A stretch of 64,000 nucleotides of DNA from Centroscyllium fabricii. Its lineage: Eukaryota. Of this stretch, positions 49,653 through 61,700 are shown in pieces. Below the pieces are notes generated by a model that worked only from the letters and a program-made list of their open reading frames with translations, did no database searches and was not told where the DNA came from. The position numbers were made by a program, and so were the translations under genes. Location of the stretch: NCBI GenBank assembly GCA_051313645.2, contig JBNRSN020000009.1, positions 149,916,001-149,980,000 on the forward strand, read 5' to 3'. How positions within the stretch are numbered: the first letter of the stretch is position 1; the number at the start of each line of letters is the position of its first letter.

Positions 49653-50371
49653 GTGAGAGGGCAGAGCTATGCCCACCATACCTACTGATCTCACCGCTCA
49701 CTGCTGATGCGAATTCTCAGTGTAAGACACGGTTGTGTCGTGGAGTGTCAGCAATGTGCTGTTCTCTATTTGTCTCACTGGTTTAACTTCTGTAAATATA
49801 TTTAGTTAGTTAATTTTAAACCGGAGTCCAACTCAGTTGTACTGTGCTAATAATATCATCTCCCAGAGCACTTTGCAGAGAAATGAAATGCACTGGGCAC
49901 TAGCGATCGAGGATTGTGTTGAGTCCTAAAGGGCACAAGGTCTTTGCAGAAGCAAAAAAAAGCTACAGGTCTTCCAGTTTGTAGGGGATAAGGTCCACTT
50001 ATGAGAAATGCAACAAGAGGAACTAACTCATTAAATATCCTGAAATTAAATCACGCTGTGATCAGTGAGCTGTGAGGGATGTCTGTCCCATCACACACCT
50101 AGTAACAGAAGCTCAAGTGTTATACCAGCTTGCAGTTTTATTACCTTAAGAAAATATAGAATGTGGAAAGAGCATTCTGTCCACCTATCCCACTCCTTCC
50201 CCGTGCCATGGATGCCCCAGCCCTGACTCCACTCCAATCATTTATTCTCCTGTGGGGAAAATCTGCATCAATACTCCCTGATACCCAAAGGCAATCAAGA
50301 AAATCTCCAAGATATTCTGCCAACTTCACACCCTAGAGACTGCTGCCTTTCACAGACAACACCTACCTCTC

Positions 50372-50700
50372 TCTCAGTGAAGGGATCCCCTCCCTCAGTA
50401 TAGGGATGTCCCTCACTCAGTGAAGGGAATCCCCTCCCTCAGTATAGGGATGTCCCTCACTCAGTGAAGGGAAGCCCCTTCCCAGTGTCAGGAAGCCCCT
50501 CCCTCAGTGAAGGGAATCTCCTCCCTCAGTATAGGGATGTCCCTCACTCAGTGAAGGGAATCCCCTCCCTCAGTATAGGGATGTCCCTCACTCAGTGAAG
50601 GGAAGCCCCTCCCCAGTGTCAGGAAGCCCCTCCCTCAGTGAAGGGAAGCCCCTCCCTCAGTGAAGGGAAGCCCCTCCCTCAGTATAGGGATGTCCCTCAG
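50372..50700. repeat. Compound ~21-23-bp minisatellite (CCCTCAGTGAAGGGAAGCCCCT / CCCTCAGTATAGGGATGTCCCTCA)
   Basis: Directly visible. Confidence 0.9.
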
Positions 50701-53700
50701 TCGATGACCTTTCATCAGAACTGGAAAGAAGCCGGAAATGGAGCAGATTTAAAAGCATGTTTCGGGGCTGGGAAATGGGGGAGGGGTTAAAGAACAAAAG
50801 GGAAGGTCTGTGATAGGATAGAAAGCGGGAGAAGTAAAGAGGCTTTAAGAGATATTCACAGCGAGAGGAGATGGTGATGGGACAGGTTAAGGAACAAAGG
50901 ATGGCTCTGGATGGGGTGTGAATTGCACTGGCAGAATGAAGGACAGCTGCCATGTGGGAGACAAGAACAGAAGACTAAAAAACAGTGTGGGTAAAAAATA
51001 TATCAATATAATCGGGGCCGAGGTTATGATCTGAGATTGTTGAACTCGATATTGAGTCCAGAGGCCTGTAGAGTGCCTAATGGGAAGATGAGGTGCTGTT
51101 CCTCGAGCTTACCCTGAGCTTCCGTGGAACGATGCAAGAGGCTGAGGACGGTGAGGTCTGAGTGGGAATGGAGCGGTGAATTAAAGTGACAGGCCACCGG
51201 GAGCTCGGGGTCCCCCTTGTGGTAAACCACTGTTTCCATTGTATATACTCACCCTATGATGTATCTCTGTAATCGTGCTTATATCTATGTTTGTATATAA
51301 CCTGTTTAACCTGTTGTACGATTACCTGGACATGCCCAGGCTGTCTCCACCCGCGACTCCTCCCTCCCAGGAGGAGGTATAGAAGTGGCCGTCTCCCATC
51401 CCTCAGCCATTCCTGGGGACGGTCGACTACCTGGTGCATGTGCACCATTTAGTGAATAAAAGCCGTATTGTTTCACCCTTATAACTACTCGTCCACGAGG
51501 TCGTTATTTCGGTCACAATTTTATTCACTAAATTTTGAAGATGGAAGCGATGCTCAAGCCAGCAACGTTTGAACTGGATCCCCGGACACCAGGCGCATCA
51601 AACACATTCTCGCACTGGTATGATGTTTTCGATGCGTACCTGAGAGCGAACGCAGCGGTCGTCAGGACCGAAGAGGACAAACGGCGGCTCCTCAACGCCC
51701 GGGTGGGCCCTCAGGTGTACTCTATGATCGTGGACGCTTCATCCTTTTTGGATGCTATCAGGATCCTCAAGGCAGAGTACAATCGGGCCCCCAATATCGT
51801 CCACGCCAGACACCTCCTAGCCACCAGGAAGCAGCAACCCGGTGAGTCCAGTGTGGAATTTTTAAGAGCGCTGAGAGTGCTCTCACGGGCCTGCGAATGC
51901 AGAGCGTTATCGGCCCAGCTCCATGTGGACAGTCTCATTAGAAATGCATACGTTACAGGCCTCAGGTCGGACTATATCAGACAGAGGCTGTTAGAGCAGA
52001 ACGGCCTTGACCTGCAGGCAACAACGGATCTGGGACACGCGCTGGACGTGGCCTCACTAAATCTTTCATCGTATTCCGGCAATTATACAGGCCCAGCCCC
52101 GCCATCTTGGACAGTGCCGGTGCAACGGCCGGTGGAAGAAATGATCGCAGCCGCTCACGCGAAGACGGCAAAATGTTACTTCTGCGGGCAGTCTCAGCAT
52201 CCGAGACGTAGCTGCCCGGCAAGAGAAGCGGCCTGCTCAAAATGTGGAAAAAAGGGACATTACGCCAAAGTCTGTAAGGCGACCACATCAGCCCCTAAAC
52301 CGAAACCGGGCAGTGCCGCGTGTGGAACATGGGAGCAGCCATATTGGACTCAACCATCCCCCACTCAGCACCCCGCATGGCAGCAGTCGCCATATTGGAC
52401 CCAGCCACCCCCTCCGCAGTACACCGCATGGCGGCAGCCATCTTGGGGACCGGCCCCGGAGGACTACTCTTCGGATCAAGAGGAATCGGCTGACCCAATA
52501 TTGGCATTGGTGACTCTCGACCAGAACAAGGCCCAATCGCTCGGGAAATCGATGATGCCGGTGGGAGTAAACGGACAGGACGTGGTGTGCCTTTTCGACA
52601 GTGGGAGCACGATGAGTTTTGTTCATCCTGAGACAGTAAAGCGCCTCTCCCTTAAGGTTATGCCAGCGAGTCAAAGAATTTCAATGGCTTCTAAATCTGA
52701 ATCTGCGGACGTCTCTGGGCGTTGCGCAGTGGCCCTAACGGTGCAGGGCGTGCATTTTAATAATTTTAGCTTTTTCGTGCTGCCGCAGCTCTGCGCTCCA
52801 TTACTATTGGGACTGGACTTCCAGTGCCATCTCCAAAGCGTTACCATGGCGTACGGTGGGCCCCTTCCCTCGCTCACGGTCAGCAACCGGCGCTCAGCGC
52901 CGCACCCCCGGCGTGCTACCTGTGGCCTCTCGACCCTTAAGGTCGCCCCTCCCTCGCTCTTTACCAACCTCACCCCAGACTGCAAGCCCATCTCCAAAGC
53001 GTTACCATGGCGTACGGTGGGCCCCTTCCCTCGCTCACGGTCAGCAACCGGCGCTCAGCGCCGCACCCCCGGCGTGCTACCTGTGGCCTCTCGACACTTA
53101 AGGTCGCCCCTCCCTCGCTCTTTACCAACCTCACCCCGGACTGCAAGCCCGTCGCCACCAAGAGTAGGCGCTACAGTGCTGGGGACATGGACTTTATCAA
53201 GTCCGAGGTGCAGCGCCTCCTGAAGGAGGGGGTTATCGAGGCCAGTAATAGCCCCTGGAGGGCGCAGGTAGTGGTGGTGAAAACCGGAGCGAAGAACCAG
53301 ATGGTGGTAGACTACAGTCAGACCATCAATCGGTTCACCCAGCTAGACGCATACCCCCCTCCCCCGGATAGCGGACATGGTGAATCAGATCGCGCAGTTC
53401 CGGGTGTTCTCCACCTTAGATCTGAAGTCCGCATACCACCAGTTTCCCATTCGCCCAGAGGACCGTCTCTATACTGCCTTCGAGGCTGACGGTCGCCTCT
53501 ACCACTTCCTCAGGGTCCCGTTTGGCGTCACGAATGGGGTCTCGGTCTTCCAAAGGGAGATGGACCGAATGGTCGATCAGTATGGGCTGCGAGCCACTTT
53601 CCCGTACCTCGATAACGTGACCATCTGCGGCCACGATCAGCAGGACCATGACGCCAACCTCCAGAAATTTCTCCACACCGCCAAAACACTCAATCTGACG

Positions 53701-54338
53701 TACAACACCGAAAAATGTGTGTTCAGTACCACTCGCCTTGCCATCCTCGGCAGTGTTGTGGAGAATGGGGTCATCGGTCCCGACCCGGACCGCATGCGCC
53801 CCCTCATGGAGCTCCCCCTCCCCCACTCCCCCAAGGCCCTTAAACGGTGCTTGGGGTTCTTTGCCTATTATGCCCAGTGGGTCCCCAATTACGCGGACAA
53901 AGCTCGCCCACTGCTTAAATCCACCTCATTCCCCCTGTCAGCAGATGACCGCGTGGCGTTCTGCGGCATTAAAGACGACATCGCGAAGGCTACGATGCAC
54001 GCTGTGGACGAATCTGTCCCATTCCAAGTAGAGAGCGATGCATCGGATTTTGCCTTGGCCGCCACGCTTAACCAGGCGGGCAGACCCATGGCCGCCTTCT
54101 CGCGTACCCTCCAGGGCCCCGAGACCCGTCACTCCTCAGTCGAAAAGGAGGCCCAGGCCATCGTTGAAGCAGTGCGTCACTGGAAGCACTACCTGGCCGG
54201 CAAGCGTTTTACCCTGCTGACTGACCAACGATCAGTCGCTTTTATGTTCATAATGCGGAGGTGCCGGTGTTGGACTGGGGTGGACAAATGCAAAAAGCCA
54301 CACAACACCAGGTTTAAAGTCCAACGTTTTATTTTAAA

Positions 54339-54376
54339 TCACAAGCTTTCGGAGCTTTTGCCCCTTCGTCAGGCAA
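54339..54376 (-). ncRNA. Minimal hammerhead ribozyme, inverted partner of 54981-55018
   Basis: Reverse complement of the 54981-55018 motif. Confidence 0.7.
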
Positions 54377-54980
54377 AGAGAAACTGAACTCAAAGATCAC
54401 ACATGGGGGAGGGGAGAAATCTGATCCAACCCTAGAGCACACAAGCATATCAGCATACCGTAACACCTCAGTCTGCGAACAATGGGGCACAATTGCAGGG
54501 GGGTCACATGCTGCAAAACACAGAGTGATTTTTTTTCCTTTTTTAAAAGCAAAAAAAAAGACACATCAAAGGGGTGCAGTCACAGGGCCTAACGCTAGTC
54601 TGCTGTAAATCCCACAGAATTACTTTTTTTATAAAAAAGCCGAAGATGGTTCGGGTCTGGACGACTCCACGCCAGGCGGGGTCACATGTAGCGTGACATA
54701 AACCCAATATCACGGTTGAGGCCGTGCTCATGGGTGCGGAACTTGGCAATCAGCCTCTGCTCGACGATTTTGCGTTGTCGTGTATCTTGAAGGCCACCCT
54801 GGAGAATGCTCACCCGAAGATCGGAAGCTGAATGTCCTTGACCGCTGAAATGTTCCCCCTGCAATTGTGCCCCATTGTTCGCAGACTGAGGTGTTAAGGT
54901 ATGCTAATATGCTTGTGTGCTCTAGGGTTGGATCAGATTTCTCCCCTCCCCCATGTGTGATCTTTTAGTTCAGTTTCTCT

Positions 54981-55018
54981 TTGCCTGACGAAGGGGCAAA
55001 AGCTCCGAAAGCTTGTGA
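54981..55018 (+). ncRNA. Minimal hammerhead ribozyme in a Penelope repeat
   Basis: TTGC-CTGACGA-A-GGGGC(AAAA)GCTCC-GAAA-GCTT-GTGA. Confidence 0.7.
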
Positions 55019-58000
55019 TTTAAAATAAAACGTTGGACTTTAAACCTGGTGTTGTGTGACTTTTTGCTTTTATGTTCAACAACAAAGAGCGGGGTAAAAT
55101 AAAGAACGACAAGATATTAAGGTGGAGAATTGAACTCTCCGCGTTCAACTATGATATCTTGTACCGGCCCGGGAAATTTAACGAACCCCCAGATGCCCTA
55201 TCTCGCGGTACCTGTGCCAGCGCACAGACAGACCGCCTCCAAACCTTACACAATGACCTCTGCCACCCGGGGGTCACCAGGTTGGTTCACTTTGTGAAGT
55301 CCCGCAACCTCCACTACTCCATCGAAGAGGTCAAGACCCTGACCAGCAATTGCCAGGTCTGCGCGGAGTGCAAGCCGCACTTCTATCGGCCAGATCGGGC
55401 GCATTTGATTAAGGCCACTCGCCCCTTTGAACGACTCAGCGTCGATTTCAAAGGACCCCTTCCCTCCTCCAACAGGAATGTGTACTTCCTCAACGCAATT
55501 GACGAGTACTCCCGCTTCCCCTTTGCCATCCCCTGCCCGGACATGACCTCCGCCACGGTCATCAAAGCCCTCCACAGCATCTTCTCCCTGTTCGGCTATC
55601 CCAGCTATATCCATAGCGACCGGGGGGCGTCCTTTATGAGTGACGAACTGCGTCAGTTTCTGCTAGCCAAAGGCATCGCGACTAGCAGGACTACCAGCTA
55701 CAACCCCCGGGGGAACGGACAGGTAGAGAGGGAGAACGCCACTGTCTGGAAGGCCATCCTGTTAGCCCTACGGTCTAAAGGTCTCCCAGTCACCCGCTGG
55801 CAGGACGTCCTCCCTGAAGCGCTCCACTCCACCCCTCACGAACGACTTTTTGCCTTCCCCAGGAAGTCGGCTTCCGGGACCTCGCTACCATCATGGCTGC
55901 TATCCCCGGGACCAGTCCTACTCAGGAAGCACGTGAGGGGCCACAAGGCAGATCCCCTGGTCAAACGGGTCCACCTCCTGCACGCCAATCCCCAGTACGC
56001 CTACGTGGCGTACCCCGACGGGAGGGAGGACACCGTGTCAATCAAGGACCTGGCGCCAGCGGGAGTCCCCAAACCCAGCCCTGCCCAGCAGCCCGCGCAC
56101 CCAAGACGCCCCGCCCAGCAGCCCGCGCACCCAAGACGGCCAGCCACTCCGCCCGGGCCACCGCGGCCAGCCACGCCACCCCAGCCACCGGCGCCAAGGT
56201 ACGCTCCCCGGCACGAGGACCCGGCACCTGCGAGCAGCACGGCATGGCCTCCAGCATGGCTCCACAGTGCACGCCCCCTAGAGTCCGACGACGAGGGAGA
56301 GAGTGTGCCTCCTACTGTCACTACAAGGGCACCACCACCCAGAAACCAATCGACGCTGTCAATCACCGCTCGCCAACCAGCATCAGCACCATCGACACAA
56401 CCAACTCGGCCGGCCACTCCACGACCGCGGACACCACCAGCGGCGCGACGCTCAACCAGGATCACCAGGCCGCCGGAGCGCCTTAATTTGTAAATTTAAA
56501 AGAACTGTCGCGTTCACCCCGCCGGACTTTTGTTTTAAAGAAGGGGTGAATGTGGTAAACCACTGTTTCCATTGTATATACTCACCCTATGATGTATCTC
56601 TGTAATCGTGCTTATATCTATGTTTGTATATAACCTGTTTAACCTGTTGTACGATTACCTGGACATGCCCAGGCTGTCTCCGCCCGCGACGACTCCCTCC
56701 CAGGAGGAGGTATATAAGTGGCCGTCTCCCATCCCCCAGCCATTCCTGGGGACGGTCGACTACCTGGTGCATGTCCACCATTTAGTGAATAAAAGCCGTA
56801 TTGTTTCACCCTTATAACTACTCGTCCATGAGGTCGTTATTTCGGTCACACCCCTTATGGACTGAACGGAGGTGTTCCACAAAGCGGTCGCCCAATCTGC
56901 ATTTGGTCTCCCCGATGTAGAGGAGACCACATCGTGAGCAGCAAATACAGTATACTAAATTGCAAGAAGTACAAGTAAATCGCTGCTTCACCTGGAAGGG
57001 GTGTTTGGGGCCCTGGAGAATGGGAAGGGGGGAGGTATAATGGCATATGCTGCATCTCCTGCACTTGCACAGGAAGGTGCCGGGCGAGGGGTGAGGGGTG
57101 CTGGGGGTGATAGAGGAGTGGACTAGGATGTCGCAGAGAGAGCGACCCTAACGGAATACTGAAAGGGGAGGTGAGGGGAACATGCGTTTGGTGGTGAGAT
57201 CGCGCCGGAAATGGCGGAAGATGATCTGTTGAATGTGCAGGCTGGTGGGGTGAAAGGTGAGGACAAGAGGAACTCTATCGTGGTTTCGGGGGGGAGGGGC
57301 AGGGGTGAGGGCAGAAGTGCGGGAGATAGAACAGACACGGTCGAGGGCCGTGTCAACCACAGTAGAGGGGAATCCTCAGTTGAGGAAAAAGGAAGACATG
57401 TCGGAAGCACTAGTGTGGAAGGTGACATCATCAGAGCAGATGCGGCGGAGACAGAGAAACTGGGAGAATGGAATAGAGTCCTTACAGGAGGTGGGGTGGG
57501 AGGAAGTGTAGTCCAGGTAGCTGTGGGAGTCAGTGGGCTTGTAGTGAATGTTGGTCAATAACCTGTCCCCAGAGATGGAGACGGAGAAGTCGAGGAATGG
57601 AAGGGAAGAGTCGGAGATGGACCATGTGAAGGTGAGGGAAGGGTGGAAATTGGAAGCAAAGTGAATAAAATTGTCTAGTACAGGGCGAGAGCAGGAAACG
57701 CCACCGATACAGTCATCAATACTGGAGCATCTCGCCCCTTGAGGAACACAGGATAAGACCCACAAGTCAGGATTAAAGCAAGGTTTAAAAGAGTAGATGA
57801 GATGAACCAAGTATTAGTTAGGTTACACCAAGCTTGGGTTGTAGATTGCAGGGGGAAGGGGAGACTGAGGGACCTGTGGAGTTCCACAGTTTTGCGGTGT
57901 TTGTAAAGAAAGACGTGCATTTATATCGTGCTTTTCATGACCACTGGACATCCCAAAGCGCTTTACAGCCAATGACGTGTTGTCACGGTTGTAATGTGGG

Positions 58001-58118
58001 AAACACGGCAGCCAAATTGCGCACAGCAATGATAATGATTAGAATATCTGTTTTAGTGAGGGATAAATATTGGTCAGGACACTGGGGATAACTTCCCTGT
58101 TCTTCTTTGAAATAGTGC

Positions 58119-58515
58119 GGCACGGTGGCATAGTGGTTAGCACTGTTGTCTCACAGCACTGGAGACCCGGGTTCAAATCCAGCCTCGGGTGACTATCTGT
58201 GTGGAGTTTGCACATTCTCCCCGTGTCTGCGTGGGTTTCCTCCGGGTGCTCCGGTTTCCTCCCACAGTCCAAAGATGTGTGGGTTAGGTTGATTGGCCAG
58301 GATAAATTAACCCTTAGTGTTAGGGTGATTGAAAATGTGGGGATACGGGGATAGGGTGGGGTATGTGTTGGTGCAGGCTCGATAGGGATCGAGGGATATG
58401 GGGACAAGGCAGGGACAGGGTGCTGGGTTTGGATGATCAGCCATGATCTCATTGAATGGCGGAGCAGGCTCGAAGGGCCGAATGGCCTACTCCTGCTCCT
58501 ATCTTCGATGTTTCT
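58119..58515 (+). mobile_element. HE1-like V-SINE inserted in a DeuSINE, TSD ATAGTGC
   Basis: tRNA head, V-domain core, CR1 tail, flanking duplication. Confidence 0.85.
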
Positions 58516-58751
58516 ATAGTGCCTTGGAATCTTTTATGTCCACCTGAGGGGGGCAGACGGGGCCTCGGTTTAACGTCTCATCCGAAAGACGGCACCTCCA
58601 ACAGTGCAGCACTCCCTCAGTACTGCCGAGTGTCAGCCTAGATTTTTTGTGCTCGAGCCTCTGGAGTGGGGCTTGAACCCTCAACCTTCTGCCTCAGAAG
58701 CAAGTGTGCTACCCACTGAGCCACAGCTGACACTGAGTTGAGTAGAAAAGT

Positions 58752-61700
58752 TGACGTATCGTCAATACCTTAGATTAAAAGAGTCGACGAGTAGTTACCG
58801 AAACTAAAGGCTTTTAATCGCTAAAGAACGGAGCTACCCTCCGGAACGAACTTCTGTACAGGAATGAGGAGCCTCGGTCAGTTTCCACCTATAAAGGGGC
58901 CTCACCTGGGGGAGGAGTTAGAGGTGTGGCTGACCTGGCTCCCAACAGTATTATACAGTATACAGGGCTGTGCCTTACATCCGCACAGCTCATTATTGTT
59001 ACAATAATAACAGTGGTAAACAACGATACAAGGGTTACCACATTCACCCCTTCTTGAAAATTTTAAGTCGGGTGGGGAGGGGGGTGAATGGGCCGAACAG
59101 TTCATGATCAGTCTGTCCGGCGGTCGTGTCTGCCTGGAGGACCGCCGGCGTTCCGGTGTTGGTGGTGGTGCCTCCTGGTTCGTACCACTTGCATCTGCCA
59201 GTGGTGACCGCTGATCGGGTGCCGTGGATTCTGGTGGCGATGGATCCGGCTGGTCCCCGCCGTCCGGGTCGTAGTTCAGTACTGGCCGGTGCTCGGGGAA
59301 ACTCGGGGGCCATCGTGTGTCTGGTGGGTTTTCTGGATACCGCGGCTGAGCGGCCTGCTGGCCGGCCAGGGGCTCTGCGGTGGTGCTTCCTGCGGGAGCC
59401 AGGTCCCTGATAGACACGGTGTCCTCACGCCCGTCCGGGAACTGCATGAATGCATAGTGGGGGTTCGCGTGTAGGAGCTGTACCTTGTCCACCAGGGGGT
59501 CTGTCTTGTGGCTCCGGACATGCCTTCTAAGCCAAACCGGCCCCGGAGTCGTCAGCCATGGAGGAAGAGCTGTCCCCAAAGTCGATTTCCTAGGGAAGGA
59601 GAAAATCAGATCGTGCGGGGTGGCGTTACTAGCAGTACATAATAGAGAGCGTATAGAGTGCAGCGCGTCTGGGAGGACTGCCTGCCAATGGGACACTGGA
59701 AGGCCTCTGGACTTGAGAGCCAGGGTGACCGCCTTCCAAATAATCCCATTCTCCCTTTCTACCTGGCCGTTCCCCCGGGGGTTATAACTGGTCGTTCTGC
59801 TTGTGGCAACCCCTTTCTGGAGCAGAACCTGGCGCAGTTCATCGCTCATGAACGATGACCCCCGGTCGCTATGGATGTAGCCTTTAGTTTCAGTAACTAC
59901 TCGTCGACTCTTTTAATCTAAGGTATTAACGATACGTCAATTTTAATCACTAAAGAACGGAGCTACCCTCCGGAACGAACTTCTGTACAGGAATTTGGCC
60001 AGATTGGCATCGTGGTCCTGCTGGTCGTGGCCGCAGATGGTCACGTTGTCCAGGTAAGGGAAAGTGGCCTGCAAGTCATTTTGGTCAACCATACGGTCCA
60101 TCTCCCGTTGGAACACTGACACTCCGTTGGTCACGCCAAAGGGGACCCGGAGGAAGTGGTAGAGCCGACCGTTCGCCTCGAAGGCAGTGTAGGGGCGGTC
60201 GGCTTTCTGGATCGGGAGCTGGTGATATGCCGATTTAAGGTCGATCGTAGAGAACACCTTGTACTGGGCGATCTGATTGACCATTTCCGAGATGCGGGGA
60301 AGGGGGTAGGCGTCGAGCCCGGTGTAGCGGTTGATAGTCTGGCTGTAATCGATAACCAGCCGCTGTTTTTCGCCAGACTTCACCACTACAACTTGGGCGC
60401 ACCAGGGGCTGGTGCTGGCTTCAATTATCCCCTCCTTCAGCATCCGCCCGACCTCCGACCTGATAAACGTGCGATCCCCCTCACTGTACCGCCGACTCTT
60501 AGTAGCAATCGGTTTGCACTTCGGATTGAGGTTGGCGAACAGCGAGGGGGGGTCGATTTTCAGGGTAGAGAGGCTGCAGGCCGGGCTACGCTTTGGGAAG
60601 GGATTGTCCCGGCTACTGACGGTGAGGGGGGGCAAGGTCCCGCAGAACTCCAATGTCACGCTCTTGAGGTGGCACTGGAAATCCAAACCTAGTAAGGCTG
60701 GGGCACACAACTGCTGGAGGGTATACAATTTAAAATTACGGTACACGCGCCCCTTGACGGTGAGCGTGACGGAGCAGTAGCCGGTGACGTCCGCGGTGTG
60801 GGACTGTGAAGCTAGGGAGACTTGGTAGTTAGTGGGCAGGACCTGCAGTCCGCAGCGCTGCACTGTATCGGGGTGTACAAAACTCTGTGCTTCCTGTGTC
60901 AAAAAGGCAGTTAACAGTGTAGTCATTAATCAAAATTGGCATTATAGAATTAGACAGGGTATGTGGCCTGTCCTGGTTCACTCTGATTCTGGCTGCCGCA
61001 GCCGTGCGTTTCTGTGTGCGTGGGGCCCTTGCTGGTCGGGGCTGTACACAAGATGGCGGCGCCCCTGGCCCGCACATGGTGGGGCCCTGCTTAAAAAATG
61101 GCGGCGCCCCTGGCTCGCACATGGAGGGCCGCTGTGAGCGCGCTGGCGGCGCCCGTGATTCGCACGCAGCGGACCGCGGTGATCGGGTTGGCGGTGCCCG
61201 TGATTCGCACGCAGCGGGCCGCGGTGGTCGGGTTGGCGGTGCCCGTGATTCGCACGCAGCCGGCCGCGTTGGGGGGTCGCGCTTGGCCGGCCTTTGCCGC
61301 ATCGGGGTGGGAGATGGGGGTGCTTGTTGTCTACCCCCGGACCGTCGCTGGATCGCGCTGCTATTGCAGCTTACCTGGTGTCTGTCGGTGCTCTCACAGG
61401 CTGCACTGTTGTACCTTTGGTTAGACGCTGCTGGAGCTGATCTGCAGGCTTTAGCGTAATGACCTTTCTTAGCGCATCTCTCACAAGTCGCTGTCCTGGC
61501 TGGGCATTTCGCTCGTGGGTGCAGTCCCTGGTTGCAGAAGTAGCAGCGCTTATCTTTTGTGGCTGTCGCAGCCATCGTGGGGGTCTCGGCCCGTTGTGGT
61601 GCTGCCCAGGCCTGGGCCTGTTGTGGCGCGGCCCATATGTTGTAGGCTTGCGGGTTAGTGCCGCTGTACGCCTGTAACTTGTTTCGGGCCCCCTCTACTG

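Larger units (their letters stand above)
54251..55067 (-). mobile_element. Penelope-like insertion with ~208-bp inverted terminal repeat inside Gypsy element C
   Basis: GIY-YIG C-terminus 54682-54864. Inverted repeats ~54290-54497 and 54861-55067. TSD (GC)TTTTATGTTCA. Confidence 0.9.
51218..56850 (+). mobile_element. Full-length Gypsy (Mag-like) element C with 300-bp LTRs (51218-51517, 56551-56850), 5-bp TSD CCCCT
   Basis: gag-pro from ATG 51541, RT-RNaseH 53007-54250, integrase 55072-56493, PPT 56537-56550. A 161-bp tandem duplication (52827/52988) shifts frame. Penelope insertion at 54251-55067. Confidence 0.96.
50700..57724 (-). mobile_element. Second-family Penelope-like element (50700-51217 and 56851-57724) split by Gypsy element C
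   Basis: IDDCIG..NFHPSLTFT..PFLD..YKPTDSHSYLDYTSSHP RT motifs. Endonuclease C-terminus PVACHFN..LEEQHLIF..GLNIEF. Confidence 0.88.
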
